From Patescibacteria group bacterium (GTDB lineage Bacteria > Patescibacteriota > UBA1384 > XYA2-FULL-43-10 > 1-14-0-10-43-13), in NCBI GenBank assembly GCA_041666325.1, contig JBAYHC010000001.1, positions 329,708 through 393,707 of the forward strand: a stretch of 64,000 nucleotides of DNA, given 5' to 3'. Position numbers and translations under genes: made by a program. The notes beneath the pieces are model-generated. The model saw only the letters and a program-made list of their open reading frames with translations, was not told the origin of the DNA and made no database searches. Below are positions 26,637 to 35,325 of this stretch, one piece after another. The first letter of the stretch is position 1; every line of letters begins with the position of its first letter.

Positions 26637-27629
26637 CTACCTGGACGCTTCTGGTCTGGACACAATAATTGTACCATCTCGGAGCTCAATGCGCAACGAA
26701 TGGGGTAGAAGCTTATATTTGCCGCCCGACCCCTTGTTGATGATCGAAAATACTTCATCAAGATGCGTAATTGTGATATCCTGCAGACTCCCTACCTTAG
26801 AGATTGCTCGCCGCACAGACAACCTTTGCAGCGAGGAGGGGAGTTCAAGTAATTTTTGGCGCGAAATAATCACATTGTTGAGGGATTCGGAAATTAGCAA
26901 TTTTTTGTAGTGGCTCTCTGCCAGTTCCTCCAACAGAGAATAATCTTCATCTATTGTCCTCACTGCGGAGCCAGCAGTCTCGATAAAATTCGGATTGATC
27001 TCCAAGAGAAGCGGCAAAATCCTGTGCCTGATAAAATTTCTAGTATAACGAATGTCCTGATTAGATTCATCTGTCCGCCACGAAAGCCCTTCACTCTTGA
27101 GGAAGCCCTCAATTTCAGAACGTGAAAAGGGGAGTAGGGGACGGATAAAAAAATCTCGGTGCAGGGGAATGGAGCGGAGTCCGGAAAGACCGGCACCACG
27201 AACAAATCGTTGCAAGAAGGTTTCGATTAAATCGTTTGCATTATGTGCAATTGCAACCTTGGCTCCCCTTCTCTCCCCCACAATTTTTTCAAAAAAGACG
27301 TAGCGAGCACTCCTTGCCTCCTCCTCGTTTTTGAAGGAGTTGTCACTGGGGGCCTCCCCTGTCAATAGTTCAATCCCCCACTGTGAAGTTAATTTTTGGA
27401 CAAATAATTTATCTTGCTCGCTCGCCTCCCCTCTCAACCGATGGTCAAAGTGTGCAGCCAAAACGCTAAAACCCATAACATCTTTCAACTGATCTAATAC
27501 ACTGAGCAAGCAAACAGAGTCTGCTCCTCCGCTAACAGCAACAATAATAGAATCTCCTGGCGCAATCAGCCCGTTTTCTTCGATCACCTTCTGTGTGCGA
27601 TATAGTAATGATTTTTGAGATAACTTCAT
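26637..27629 (-). CDS. tilS: tRNA(Ile)-lysidine synthetase
   Basis: AVSGGADS PP-loop, HFDHRLRG, ARSARY, AHNAND, IRPLL, DESN, RNFIR. Confidence 0.93.
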   Translation of the reverse strand: MKLSQKSLLYRTQKVIEENGLIAPGDSIIVAVSGGADSVCLLSVLDQLKDVMGFSVLAAHFDHRLRGEASEQDKLFVQKLTSQWGIELLTGEAPSDNSFKNEEEARSARYVFFEKIVGERRGAKVAIAHNANDLIETFLQRFVRGAGLSGLRSIPLHRDFFIRPLLPFSRSEIEGFLKSEGLSWRTDESNQDIRYTRNFIRHRILPLLLEINPNFIETAGSAVRTIDEDYSLLEELAESHYKKLLISESLNNVIISRQKLLELPSSLQRLSVRRAISKVGSLQDITITHLDEVFSIINKGSGGKYKLLPHSLRIELRDGTIIVSRPEASR

Positions 27630-27807
27630 ATTATTAGTTTAGTCTACTTTACAAAAAAATCGAGCCTCGCTCGACATATCCAAATCAACGTTAAACAAGT
27701 AAATGCACAATCAATATCGCAACGACTTTTCGTACAATGTGTGCCCGCACACCTACAGGCCGAAAATTTTGGTAGGACGCTAAGCGTTCTGATCACCACG
27801 CTTAGCG

Positions 27808-27884
27808 TGGTAGCAGGGGTGGGGATCGAACCCACGACCTTAGGTTTATGAATCCTATGCTCTGACCAACTGAGCTACCCTGCC
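27808..27884 (-). tRNA. tRNA-Met(CAT), probably elongator
   Basis: GGCAGGGTAGCTCAG...TTCATAA...GGTTCGATCC...CCCTGCTACCA. Confidence 0.9.
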
Positions 27885-27889
27885 ATAAA

Positions 27890-28025
27890 CTAAAAAATTC
27901 CAACTTCCAAGAAACAATAACCAAATAAATTTAAAACCTCAAGAACTAATTACCAAACAGCCTGAGTATTTGAAAATTGGTTATTGAGATTTATTTGGAG
28001 CTTGCAACTTGGTTATCGGAACCTA
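27890..28025. repeat. intergenic heptamer-periodic imperfect palindrome
   Basis: A/C-rich arm (TTCCAAC TTCCAAG AAACAAT AACCAAA) mirrored by a T/G-rich arm (TTGGTTATTG...TTTGGAGC TTGCAAC TTGGTTA). Confidence 0.65.
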
Positions 28026-28058
28026 CCAAAGTTTATTCTCTATGATTAAAGAACAAGC

Positions 28059-28194
28059 TTTGGTAGCGGGGGCAGGATTTTCACCGCGCTTCGCTTTTAG
28101 AAACCCACGGTTTCTAATCTCTTCCTCACGCGGGAAACCCAGGTTTCCCGACCCCTTCCTCGGCTCAAATCCTACTTCCGCATTTTATATCTTT
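28059..28194. repeat. element bounded by copies of the tRNA-fMet 3' end
   Basis: 22-bp direct repeat TTTGGTAGCGGGGGCAGGATTT at 28059 and 28193, an inverted degenerate copy at 28162-28181 and two GAAACC/GGTTTC hairpins. Confidence 0.75.
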
Positions 28195-28271
<77 letters not shown>

Positions 28272-28344
28272 ATACTCGTCCACAATAGCACAATCGCCAG
28301 TAATGTTCAAGCGGAAGAGGGCTTCGGCAGAATAAAGCGGAAGA

Positions 28345-28752
28345 TTAATCGAAGAAGTAGGACCACCAAAGACGGTAGTTGGGGATCTTGATCCTAACCT
28401 CGCCCAATGCCTCATCAACCACCTTCTCCTCTGGCCTGTCTAACGGCAAGCTCAAAACATTTTCTCCGGGAGCTTTAAATCCCAACTTCTCTCGCGCCTC
28501 TTTCTCCTTGAAAGATTTGGTCTGAAAATAATTAATCTGATGTCTCATGTAGTCTATTTCGCCTGCAAGGCTCTCTACCTTCCCCTCTTCAATATCAATT
28601 GCCTTGTTCGAGTTATTGTTGCTCCACGTTGTGCGCCCAACAATAAACAAGAAATAGATTATCAACAAAAATAGAATGAAGCTCGTCAAAGTCATTGGCA
28701 ATATATGCTCGATTTTGGCTTTGGCTTTTTCTAGAAAACTGCCAGATCTCAT
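28345..28752 (-). CDS. septum formation initiator (FtsB/DivIC family)
   Basis: One TM, coiled coil, EKEAREKLGFKAPGE motif. Confidence 0.8.
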   Translation of the reverse strand: MRSGSFLEKAKAKIEHILPMTLTSFILFLLIIYFLFIVGRTTWSNNNSNKAIDIEEGKVESLAGEIDYMRHQINYFQTKSFKEKEAREKLGFKAPGENVLSLPLDRPEEKVVDEALGEVRIKIPNYRLWWSYFFD

Positions 28753-28808
28753 ATGTGTCCAATAGCTTAGAATAATGATAAACAGAAAATATTAATTTCA
28801 ATTATACA

Positions 28809-28843
28809 GAAAATCCCCCGTTTTCACGAGGGATTTTCCTTTT
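28809..28843 (-). terminator. intrinsic terminator after the surface-protein gene
   Basis: GAAAATCCC...GGGATTTTC hairpin. Confidence 0.6.
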
Positions 28844-28859
28844 CTGTCTGTAACTGATA

Positions 28860-31679
28860 CTACCAACGCTTAGATCGCTTGTTGGTTGGCTTCTTTTTAA
28901 CAGCCGTTTTGACTGATTCTTTTGGTTCTGCTTTTGGTTCCTTGACCGTGGCAGCCGGGGCCACTACCTCTTCCTCATCACCGAACCAGTAGAAATATGC
29001 GCCAGTGGCAGCACCCGTAAGAAGGATGAGAATGAAGAGGATAATCCACGGCGTCCAATTTATCTTGCCTTCATTGCCCTCATCATCACCCTTGATGATT
29101 CCGGCGTCATCGCCTGTCTTCTCATCGCCAGCTTTCTCTTGCGGCTGAGTCTCTTCTGGCTTCTGCTCCACGGAAGGCTGCTGAGCCTTTGATCTTGATG
29201 GTGCAGCCGGAGCCGCAACAACGCTTTCTGCCGTGACAGTTGTAGCAGCTGTTGACTGTGAAACAATCTCAACAAACTCTACCGTCTTGACCGCACTCTT
29301 ACTAACCTCACTTCCCCGCCATGCTTCAACACGTACATCATACTTACCGTTCTCTAAAACTTTAATCTCACTCGCATAAGAAACTCCACTGTCATCACCA
29401 GAAGCAGCAATAGTGCCAGCATTCGCTCCATTAACAACAATAATATACTTCTCGACACCACGATCAACACCCTTCCACTCCACTCTGATGTACTTGTTAC
29501 TATCTCTGGTCAGGGTCGTTGCCGTAACATCTGGTGCTGGAAGCGCAACCAAAGTCTGATTGTAGGTTACGAATCTGGTAAAATGCTTTGTCCAAACAAC
29601 CAAGTCGTTGCCTGAGTTACCCTTACACTCACCGTTTCCGGTAATTGTTGGGGCGGTTAAACTGTCGCAAAAGGCAGAGATAAGAGTGAAAACACTTCCT
29701 CTCTGGAAGCCCAAGCTTTTTCCTGCCTGGCCACCGAATACTATTTTCACTGGAACGCTGAACGTTAAGCTACTGTCACCTGCCCCAATCTCGTATACGT
29801 TAATATTTGCAGCTTGCAGATTCGTATCAACGACTGGGCTAATTCCGTCTGTTGGTTTGACCTGTGCAAGATTGATAATACCATTCCAGTTTCCTGGTCC
29901 AGTAATAACTGTCCCGGCAGGAATTGTAACCTGTATGGTTCCGCTAGCCGTCTCAGTATTAATGGTAAGGCTTGAACCGGACGGAATAGTTACAACTTTA
30001 TTCTCACCAGAGATCTGCAAGAAGGCGGACAAATTAAGTGTGCCATTGTTTACGGAACTCGGAACATTAACTGTTACATTGCCTTCAATATTGGAAGGAA
30101 CAATTACTTCTGGTGTTGTTGAGGTAACATTCGTTGTTGCCCCCGCTACGATCTGGGTGGACTTAGGAGTAACAGTAACTGTTCTTGTAACTGGATCAGC
30201 AACATTTCCTGCAGCATCACTAACATTGTATGAAATGGTCTGCTGCCCAACCATGAAGGTGTTTACGCTTCCGGTCTTCACAACACTCGCGGTTATGTTG
30301 CCACCAACAACATCCAATGCGCTCACACCTGAATCGTTATATGTGCTGCCGAATTCAGCACTGAGTGATACCGGTGAAACCGAGATGACTGGCTTCACAG
30401 TATCAATAATAAGTTCATTAACAGTGGTATCTGTTCCAATGTTACCGAGGGCATCAGTTGCGGTCGCAACAATATTATAAATCCCATCAGCCAAAGCACT
30501 TGTTACTGTGCTACCCCAGGTCACCCCAGAAATAGCGGCAGGGTAATCACTTCCACCGACGCTTACAGATAGTGTGGATGCTGGATCATTGATGGTTCCG
30601 CCCAGATCTGGCGTCACATCATTGGTGTTGAGTGTATTTACTGTGACAAACGGCTCCGCTGTATCAACAGCAATGGTTAATGCGCTTTCGTTGGCAACCA
30701 TAACATTTCCAGCAATATCACTTGCACCAGTAATTGAAACAGCCGCATTAGCATTTTCGTTGTTGTCAGGCAAATCAAAAGTTCCAACCCAAGTAGTGTT
30801 GTCAAAGGCAATTTTACTCACTGAAATCGGAGAACCTACAATCCCGCTGATGACTACCTCCGGATCAACAGATGTGTTCATGGTCTCACTGAAAGACGCA
30901 ACTATCGTAATGCTCTCAGCACTAGATGGATTAGGAGAAGCAACAGCGCTCGTAACAAGGGGTTTGATTCCGTCAGATGAGACAATTGGACCGGCGGCCG
31001 TAATGTCATTACCAGCTAAGTCCTTGATGTCTCCGAAAAACGTAACAAGAGGAGCTTCCCCGCCCATAAGTGAATCGACTGCAAGCTGAACAACGCCCGG
31101 TGCAATCTCGCTAGCAGCAGATACTGTATGGCCAGAGACAAGAAATTCATTTCCGCTTGAATTAACAGTCGAGCCGTTCAAATCTTCTGAAAAAGCTACT
31201 TCCATGGTTGTTGTTGTTTTTGTCTGAGCCGAAACTAACAACGGTGCATGAGCGTCAACAGCTGGTGTGGAGCTAGCACTAGGAGCTGTTACGAAGGCAG
31301 TGTTAACAGGATTAACCCCGTCAGACATAACAACACTCACTGGAATGGTTGCTGTGTCGGCAACATCATTATTTCCTGATTCTATGATGTAGGCAACTGT
31401 ATAAGTATTGTCTCCGTTGTCAACAAGAGTGCTAGTAACATCAATTCCATTCACAGAAATCGCGCCACCAGTATACCCTGTCGCGTCTGCATTGATCGTC
31501 ATTGTGATAGTGTCACCAATACCTTGAACACCTGATGTTGGTGCAAAAGCCACAGATGAAATCGTTGGCGTTGCGGCGTAAGCATGGCCGGGATCAGATA
31601 ATCCGCCGACTGACCAAACTGGCACAAGCAATGACCATACAGCCAGATAGACCATGCACCGCTTAAAAAATAACTTCAT
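28860..31679 (-). CDS. cell-surface Ig-like repeat protein with C-terminal TM anchor
   Basis: Signal peptide MKLFFKR...AYA, Big/DUF5011-like repeats (DTVKP, YNVSDAAGN), WTKHFT module, C-terminal TM and basic tail; likely start 31679. Confidence 0.85.
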   Translation of the reverse strand: MKLFFKRCMVYLAVWSLLVPVWSVGGLSDPGHAYAATPTISSVAFAPTSGVQGIGDTITMTINADATGYTGGAISVNGIDVTSTLVDNGDNTYTVAYIIESGNNDVADTATIPVSVVMSDGVNPVNTAFVTAPSASSTPAVDAHAPLLVSAQTKTTTTMEVAFSEDLNGSTVNSSGNEFLVSGHTVSAASEIAPGVVQLAVDSLMGGEAPLVTFFGDIKDLAGNDITAAGPIVSSDGIKPLVTSAVASPNPSSAESITIVASFSETMNTSVDPEVVISGIVGSPISVSKIAFDNTTWVGTFDLPDNNENANAAVSITGASDIAGNVMVANESALTIAVDTAEPFVTVNTLNTNDVTPDLGGTINDPASTLSVSVGGSDYPAAISGVTWGSTVTSALADGIYNIVATATDALGNIGTDTTVNELIIDTVKPVISVSPVSLSAEFGSTYNDSGVSALDVVGGNITASVVKTGSVNTFMVGQQTISYNVSDAAGNVADPVTRTVTVTPKSTQIVAGATTNVTSTTPEVIVPSNIEGNVTVNVPSSVNNGTLNLSAFLQISGENKVVTIPSGSSLTINTETASGTIQVTIPAGTVITGPGNWNGIINLAQVKPTDGISPVVDTNLQAANINVYEIGAGDSSLTFSVPVKIVFGGQAGKSLGFQRGSVFTLISAFCDSLTAPTITGNGECKGNSGNDLVVWTKHFTRFVTYNQTLVALPAPDVTATTLTRDSNKYIRVEWKGVDRGVEKYIIVVNGANAGTIAASGDDSGVSYASEIKVLENGKYDVRVEAWRGSEVSKSAVKTVEFVEIVSQSTAATTVTAESVVAAPAAPSRSKAQQPSVEQKPEETQPQEKAGDEKTGDDAGIIKGDDEGNEGKINWTPWIILFILILLTGAATGAYFYWFGDEEEVVAPAATVKEPKAEPKESVKTAVKKKPTNKRSKRW

Positions 31680-32156
31680 ATTCTTAACTCCGTAATTTAT
31701 AGTATTAAAATTATCTTGTAGAGGATCGACCTTCGAATTAATATTTAGATCGAACAGCCAACTTTTAGTCTTATTCTCATTCCCTCCCAAAGAGCCGCAA
31801 GAACAAGCGGGTCCACTAAAATGCTGCCCTATGGCAAGAAACTGATGCAACTAAAGATTGGCACACCAAAGTGAGTACAATTCCCCCAAACGGAAAAAAC
31901 ATAGTCTCGAGCCCAACAATGTGGGCTTAAGTGGTTGCCATCCATAACCAGCATGATAGTATTTCATACTTTATCATACTTTTTGGTCATAAACGGCTGT
32001 GTTACGAGTCCAAGCTTAACACCCGAGCGAAAGGGCTGTCAACAACTTATTTTATGTAGTATTGGAAACAATTAATTTAGTTATCCACAGCCAGAAATAT
32101 TATTTTGTGCGCAGTGTGTGTCACAAACTTTCACACTCGAGAACGATTTAGAACAC

Positions 32157-32747
32157 TTAAAAGATAAACGACCTCTTGATCTTGCTGATAATTCGATTTG
32201 TTATAGTTTTTTTGCGGCCGAACATATTCGTAACAACCGTAGTCTCCCGCACTTGTTCGCCTTCTTTAAATTCACCTTTCACAATACCAACACCAATATC
32301 ATCGAATTCGGGGCTAAGAATATTATCGCGATGCGCCGGAGAGTCCATCCAGGCATTCACAACTCCCTCAGAGGTCCTGAAATCCATGGCAAGATTCTCA
32401 CCCGCATAAGCATAGTCGTAACCAAGATTTTGCATAAAATCCCAGGGCGAGACGCCGAATGCATAGTGCTCAAAGTAATCTCGATTAATCATATCACGGG
32501 ATTTGAGTGATGCGGCGCTTCCAAGATCAGAGTCAGTTTTCAGCGGCTTTAGCCCATGCTGCCCACGCTCGATATTGATGAGACTAACTATTTTTCCCTC
32601 CGTGATTGGCGAAGCCTTCACACTGCCAGCAACTGCGAACAGAGCAACGGCCACTCCTGCGATAACAATTCTCGTCGTTGTATATAGAGAAAAAGAAAAT
32701 AGGACAGAGTGTTCAAGCGGGTCATTATTTTTGTAATATTTTTTCAT
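32157..32747 (-). CDS. CAP (SCP) domain secreted protein
   Basis: INIER, YFEH, AGENLA, AWMDSPAHRDNIL. Confidence 0.9.
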   Translation of the reverse strand: MKKYYKNNDPLEHSVLFSFSLYTTTRIVIAGVAVALFAVAGSVKASPITEGKIVSLINIERGQHGLKPLKTDSDLGSAASLKSRDMINRDYFEHYAFGVSPWDFMQNLGYDYAYAGENLAMDFRTSEGVVNAWMDSPAHRDNILSPEFDDIGVGIVKGEFKEGEQVRETTVVTNMFGRKKTITNRIISKIKRSFIF

Positions 32748-32896
32748 AAGTTTTTGAAATTAGATTAGTTTATCACTAATACCATCTTTTGTCAATAGTA
32801 TAACCGCTAATAGTGGCCGCAAACTGTCTTGCAATGAAACAAAAGATCAACACCCTGTCCTACTTGACAGTGATACCGATAAATCATTTATTACGG

Positions 32897-32925
32897 TTGC
32901 GAATTAACCTTAATCTTGATATACT
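32897..32925 (+). promoter_or_regulatory. sigma70 promoter upstream of tRNA-Ile2
   Basis: TTGCGA, 17-bp spacer, TG-n-TATACT. Confidence 0.65.
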
Positions 32926-33043
32926 TTTAGTTGTTAAACTTGAAAAATGATTGACTCTGTTTTTTGCACGATGCAAGTAGCGCCGTGTTGCACAGCGCCA
33001 ACAAAACCACTTGGGTCGCAAAATGTTTATCGCCCGTCATCTC

Positions 33044-33119
33044 GGGCCCGTAGCTCAGCGGTTAGAGCAGCCGGCTCATAACCGGTAGGTCGCTGGTTCG
33101 ATCCCAGCCGGGCCCACCA
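33044..33119 (+). tRNA. tRNA-Ile2(CAT), lysidine-modified class
   Basis: GGGCCCG/CGGGCCC acceptor stem, GCCGG-CTCATAA-CCGGT arm; Ile2-like rather than Met-like. Confidence 0.88.
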
Positions 33120-33284
33120 AGTTTAGCGTTATGAAGTGGGTGCCCTGTGTCCTACCACGGTTAGACTCTCGATTATCTATTTTAGATGCTAGAATTGATG
33201 TGCTTCACCTATTCAATGTTCCATGCTCTAATCTCGATCGAAAATCTAACTTCAAAATCAAAATTCTATTGATATGAGGGGAAG

Positions 33285-34727
33285 GTGGAAGCACAAGACG
33301 AGATCAGAAAAATTGAAAAGAAACCTCGCTCGCTCTTTTTAGGACTGTTTTTCGTTGTACTGCTTATCAGTGCTGCTGCAAGCAGTCTTTTTTGTTACCA
33401 GTATGTCTATGCCGAAAAGATTTATCCCAACGTCTACCTGGGTGACAATCGTCTCTCTGGTTTAACAAAAAAACAGGCCTATTTCCTGCTTCAGAAGCAC
33501 TATGGCCAAATTCTTAATCGAGAGATCACCTTAATCGCAGGCAACAAAAAATCCACCATCAACTTGTCTAAAACAGGAATATCCTTTGATGTTAACCAGG
33601 TTATTAATGACGCTTATCAGGTTGGAAGAGCTGATGCTTGGGAAGATCAGCTTGTTGCTTCCAGCCAAACCTTATGGAAAAAGGAGGCTGTAGCGCCAAA
33701 ACCGAAGATCAATAAATCTGAGTTCGAAAGCTTCAAAGACCTAATAGTTGCTCAATTAAACCAAGAGTCCCGTGATGCAAGCCTTGAGATAAAAGATGGT
33801 GAGGTTGTCATCTCGCCAGAAATTGACGGGCAAGAAGTGGATATATCATCACTCGCGGATAGACTAGTTGCGGCTTTGGCAGATCCGTCCTTGGAATCGA
33901 TCTCCATTGAAGTAACGGCCAAAAAGGCAAAAGCAAGTTCGAAGGACTTCGGCCAGAGCGAAAAGTTCGCCAAAAATATTCTCGCTAAAAAAATTGATTT
34001 AACATACGAAAATTTCTCCTTCACCCCGAACAAAGAAGAGCTTTCGAGCTGGATACGGTTTGACAACAACGAAGGCAAGATTACGGCCGCGCTTGATGAC
34101 GACCAGATCAAAACATATCTAAACCAGATCTCTTCACGGTTTGAGATTCAAAAGGTCACCAAAAAAGTAAATGCTCTGGATGATAGTGTCATCGTAGAGG
34201 GCAAGGCGGGAAAATACCTAAACAAGGACGATGCCCTCAACAAGATAAAAGAAAGTATTAATAAAGATGGGGCTTCCTCCATTGCTCTCGTCACATACAC
34301 GCAGGAGCCATCGGTCGAAAAAGTAATACCTTCGGAAGGTCTCGTTCCCGGAAGATTCTCCGGAAAGTATATCGACGTCGACATAACACAGCAAAGACTT
34401 TGCCTTGTCGATGGCAGCAATATCGGTAATTGCTATGTCGTCTCGACAGGCAAGTGGTCAACCCCAACACCTACTGGCACCAGATTAACAGAAAACAAGA
34501 GCCCGAAAGCATGGTCTGCCAGATACGGGCTTTGGATGCCATGGTGGCAAGGTCTCGGTGGCGGCTACGGCATCCACGAGCTCCCCGAGTGGCCAAGCGG
34601 ATACAAAGAGGGCGAAAATCATCTCGGTACGCCAGTATCTCATGGCTGCATTCGACTCGGTGTTGGCTCAGCTGAAGAGGTTTACAACTGGGCTCCGGTT
34701 GGGACTCCGGTCTATATACACAAGTAG
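33285..34727 (+). CDS. L,D-transpeptidase with peptidoglycan-binding domains
   Basis: TM, IYPNVYL, VSTGK..TPTG, YGIHE, SHGCIRL. Confidence 0.9.
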   Translation: MEAQDEIRKIEKKPRSLFLGLFFVVLLISAAASSLFCYQYVYAEKIYPNVYLGDNRLSGLTKKQAYFLLQKHYGQILNREITLIAGNKKSTINLSKTGISFDVNQVINDAYQVGRADAWEDQLVASSQTLWKKEAVAPKPKINKSEFESFKDLIVAQLNQESRDASLEIKDGEVVISPEIDGQEVDISSLADRLVAALADPSLESISIEVTAKKAKASSKDFGQSEKFAKNILAKKIDLTYENFSFTPNKEELSSWIRFDNNEGKITAALDDDQIKTYLNQISSRFEIQKVTKKVNALDDSVIVEGKAGKYLNKDDALNKIKESINKDGASSIALVTYTQEPSVEKVIPSEGLVPGRFSGKYIDVDITQQRLCLVDGSNIGNCYVVSTGKWSTPTPTGTRLTENKSPKAWSARYGLWMPWWQGLGGGYGIHELPEWPSGYKEGENHLGTPVSHGCIRLGVGSAEEVYNWAPVGTPVYIHK

Positions 34728-34763
34728 AGCCACTAAACTATTAACTCTTTGCGATCATTAGCA

Positions 34764-35273
34764 CTAACTGGCATTGACAAAGCAGCGCTTCTTATTTGTT
34801 GGATTGAGGTAACATAAATTGCCAGTATTGAAGAGATCAGTTGAATTTGTGAACTGTTCGCCATTTCCCACATCCGACTCAAGAGAGCTTGATAACTCGT
34901 AGTATGTGTATCCAGCATTGCCGCACCTCGCGATACCGGGACAATAACGCATTGCTTTGTCACTGGGATCAACCGGGAAGGATGAGAGCCAAGGCCGAAG
35001 GGATGTTCCCATTGACGTCCACCGAGCTCGTTCAGTGGCATCACCATTAGTTTGAGCCATGCCGTCTATTCCCTCAGCAGTCGCAGGGAAGTGATCGTTC
35101 TCAATTCTATACAGCCCAAGAGCAGAACCGACCTGCCTGACATTGGTCATGCGCTGAGAGTCACGTGCTCTGCCACGAGAGCTGTTGAGTGTGACAGTAA
35201 CAACAGTGGCCAAAATGCCAATAATAGCCACAACGACCAAGAGTTCAATTAGTGTAAATGCTCTCGCCTTCAT
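34764..35273 (-). CDS. type IV pilin/GspG-like protein
   Basis: KARA|FTLIELLVVVAIIGILA...ARDSQR; disulfide-capable Cys in the head. Confidence 0.9.
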   Translation of the reverse strand: MKARAFTLIELLVVVAIIGILATVVTVTLNSSRGRARDSQRMTNVRQVGSALGLYRIENDHFPATAEGIDGMAQTNGDATERARWTSMGTSLRPWLSSFPVDPSDKAMRYCPGIARCGNAGYTYYELSSSLESDVGNGEQFTNSTDLFNTGNLCYLNPTNKKRCFVNAS

Positions 35274-35325
35274 TTTTCCGCCTATTATTAATTTCTAAAA
35301 TTTACGATCGATTGAAGGTCAAAAG

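Noticed and set aside
29608-30480. 290-aa plus-strand ORF, and similar ones at 25744, 51568 and 56078
   Set aside because: Antisense shadows of well-supported minus-strand genes
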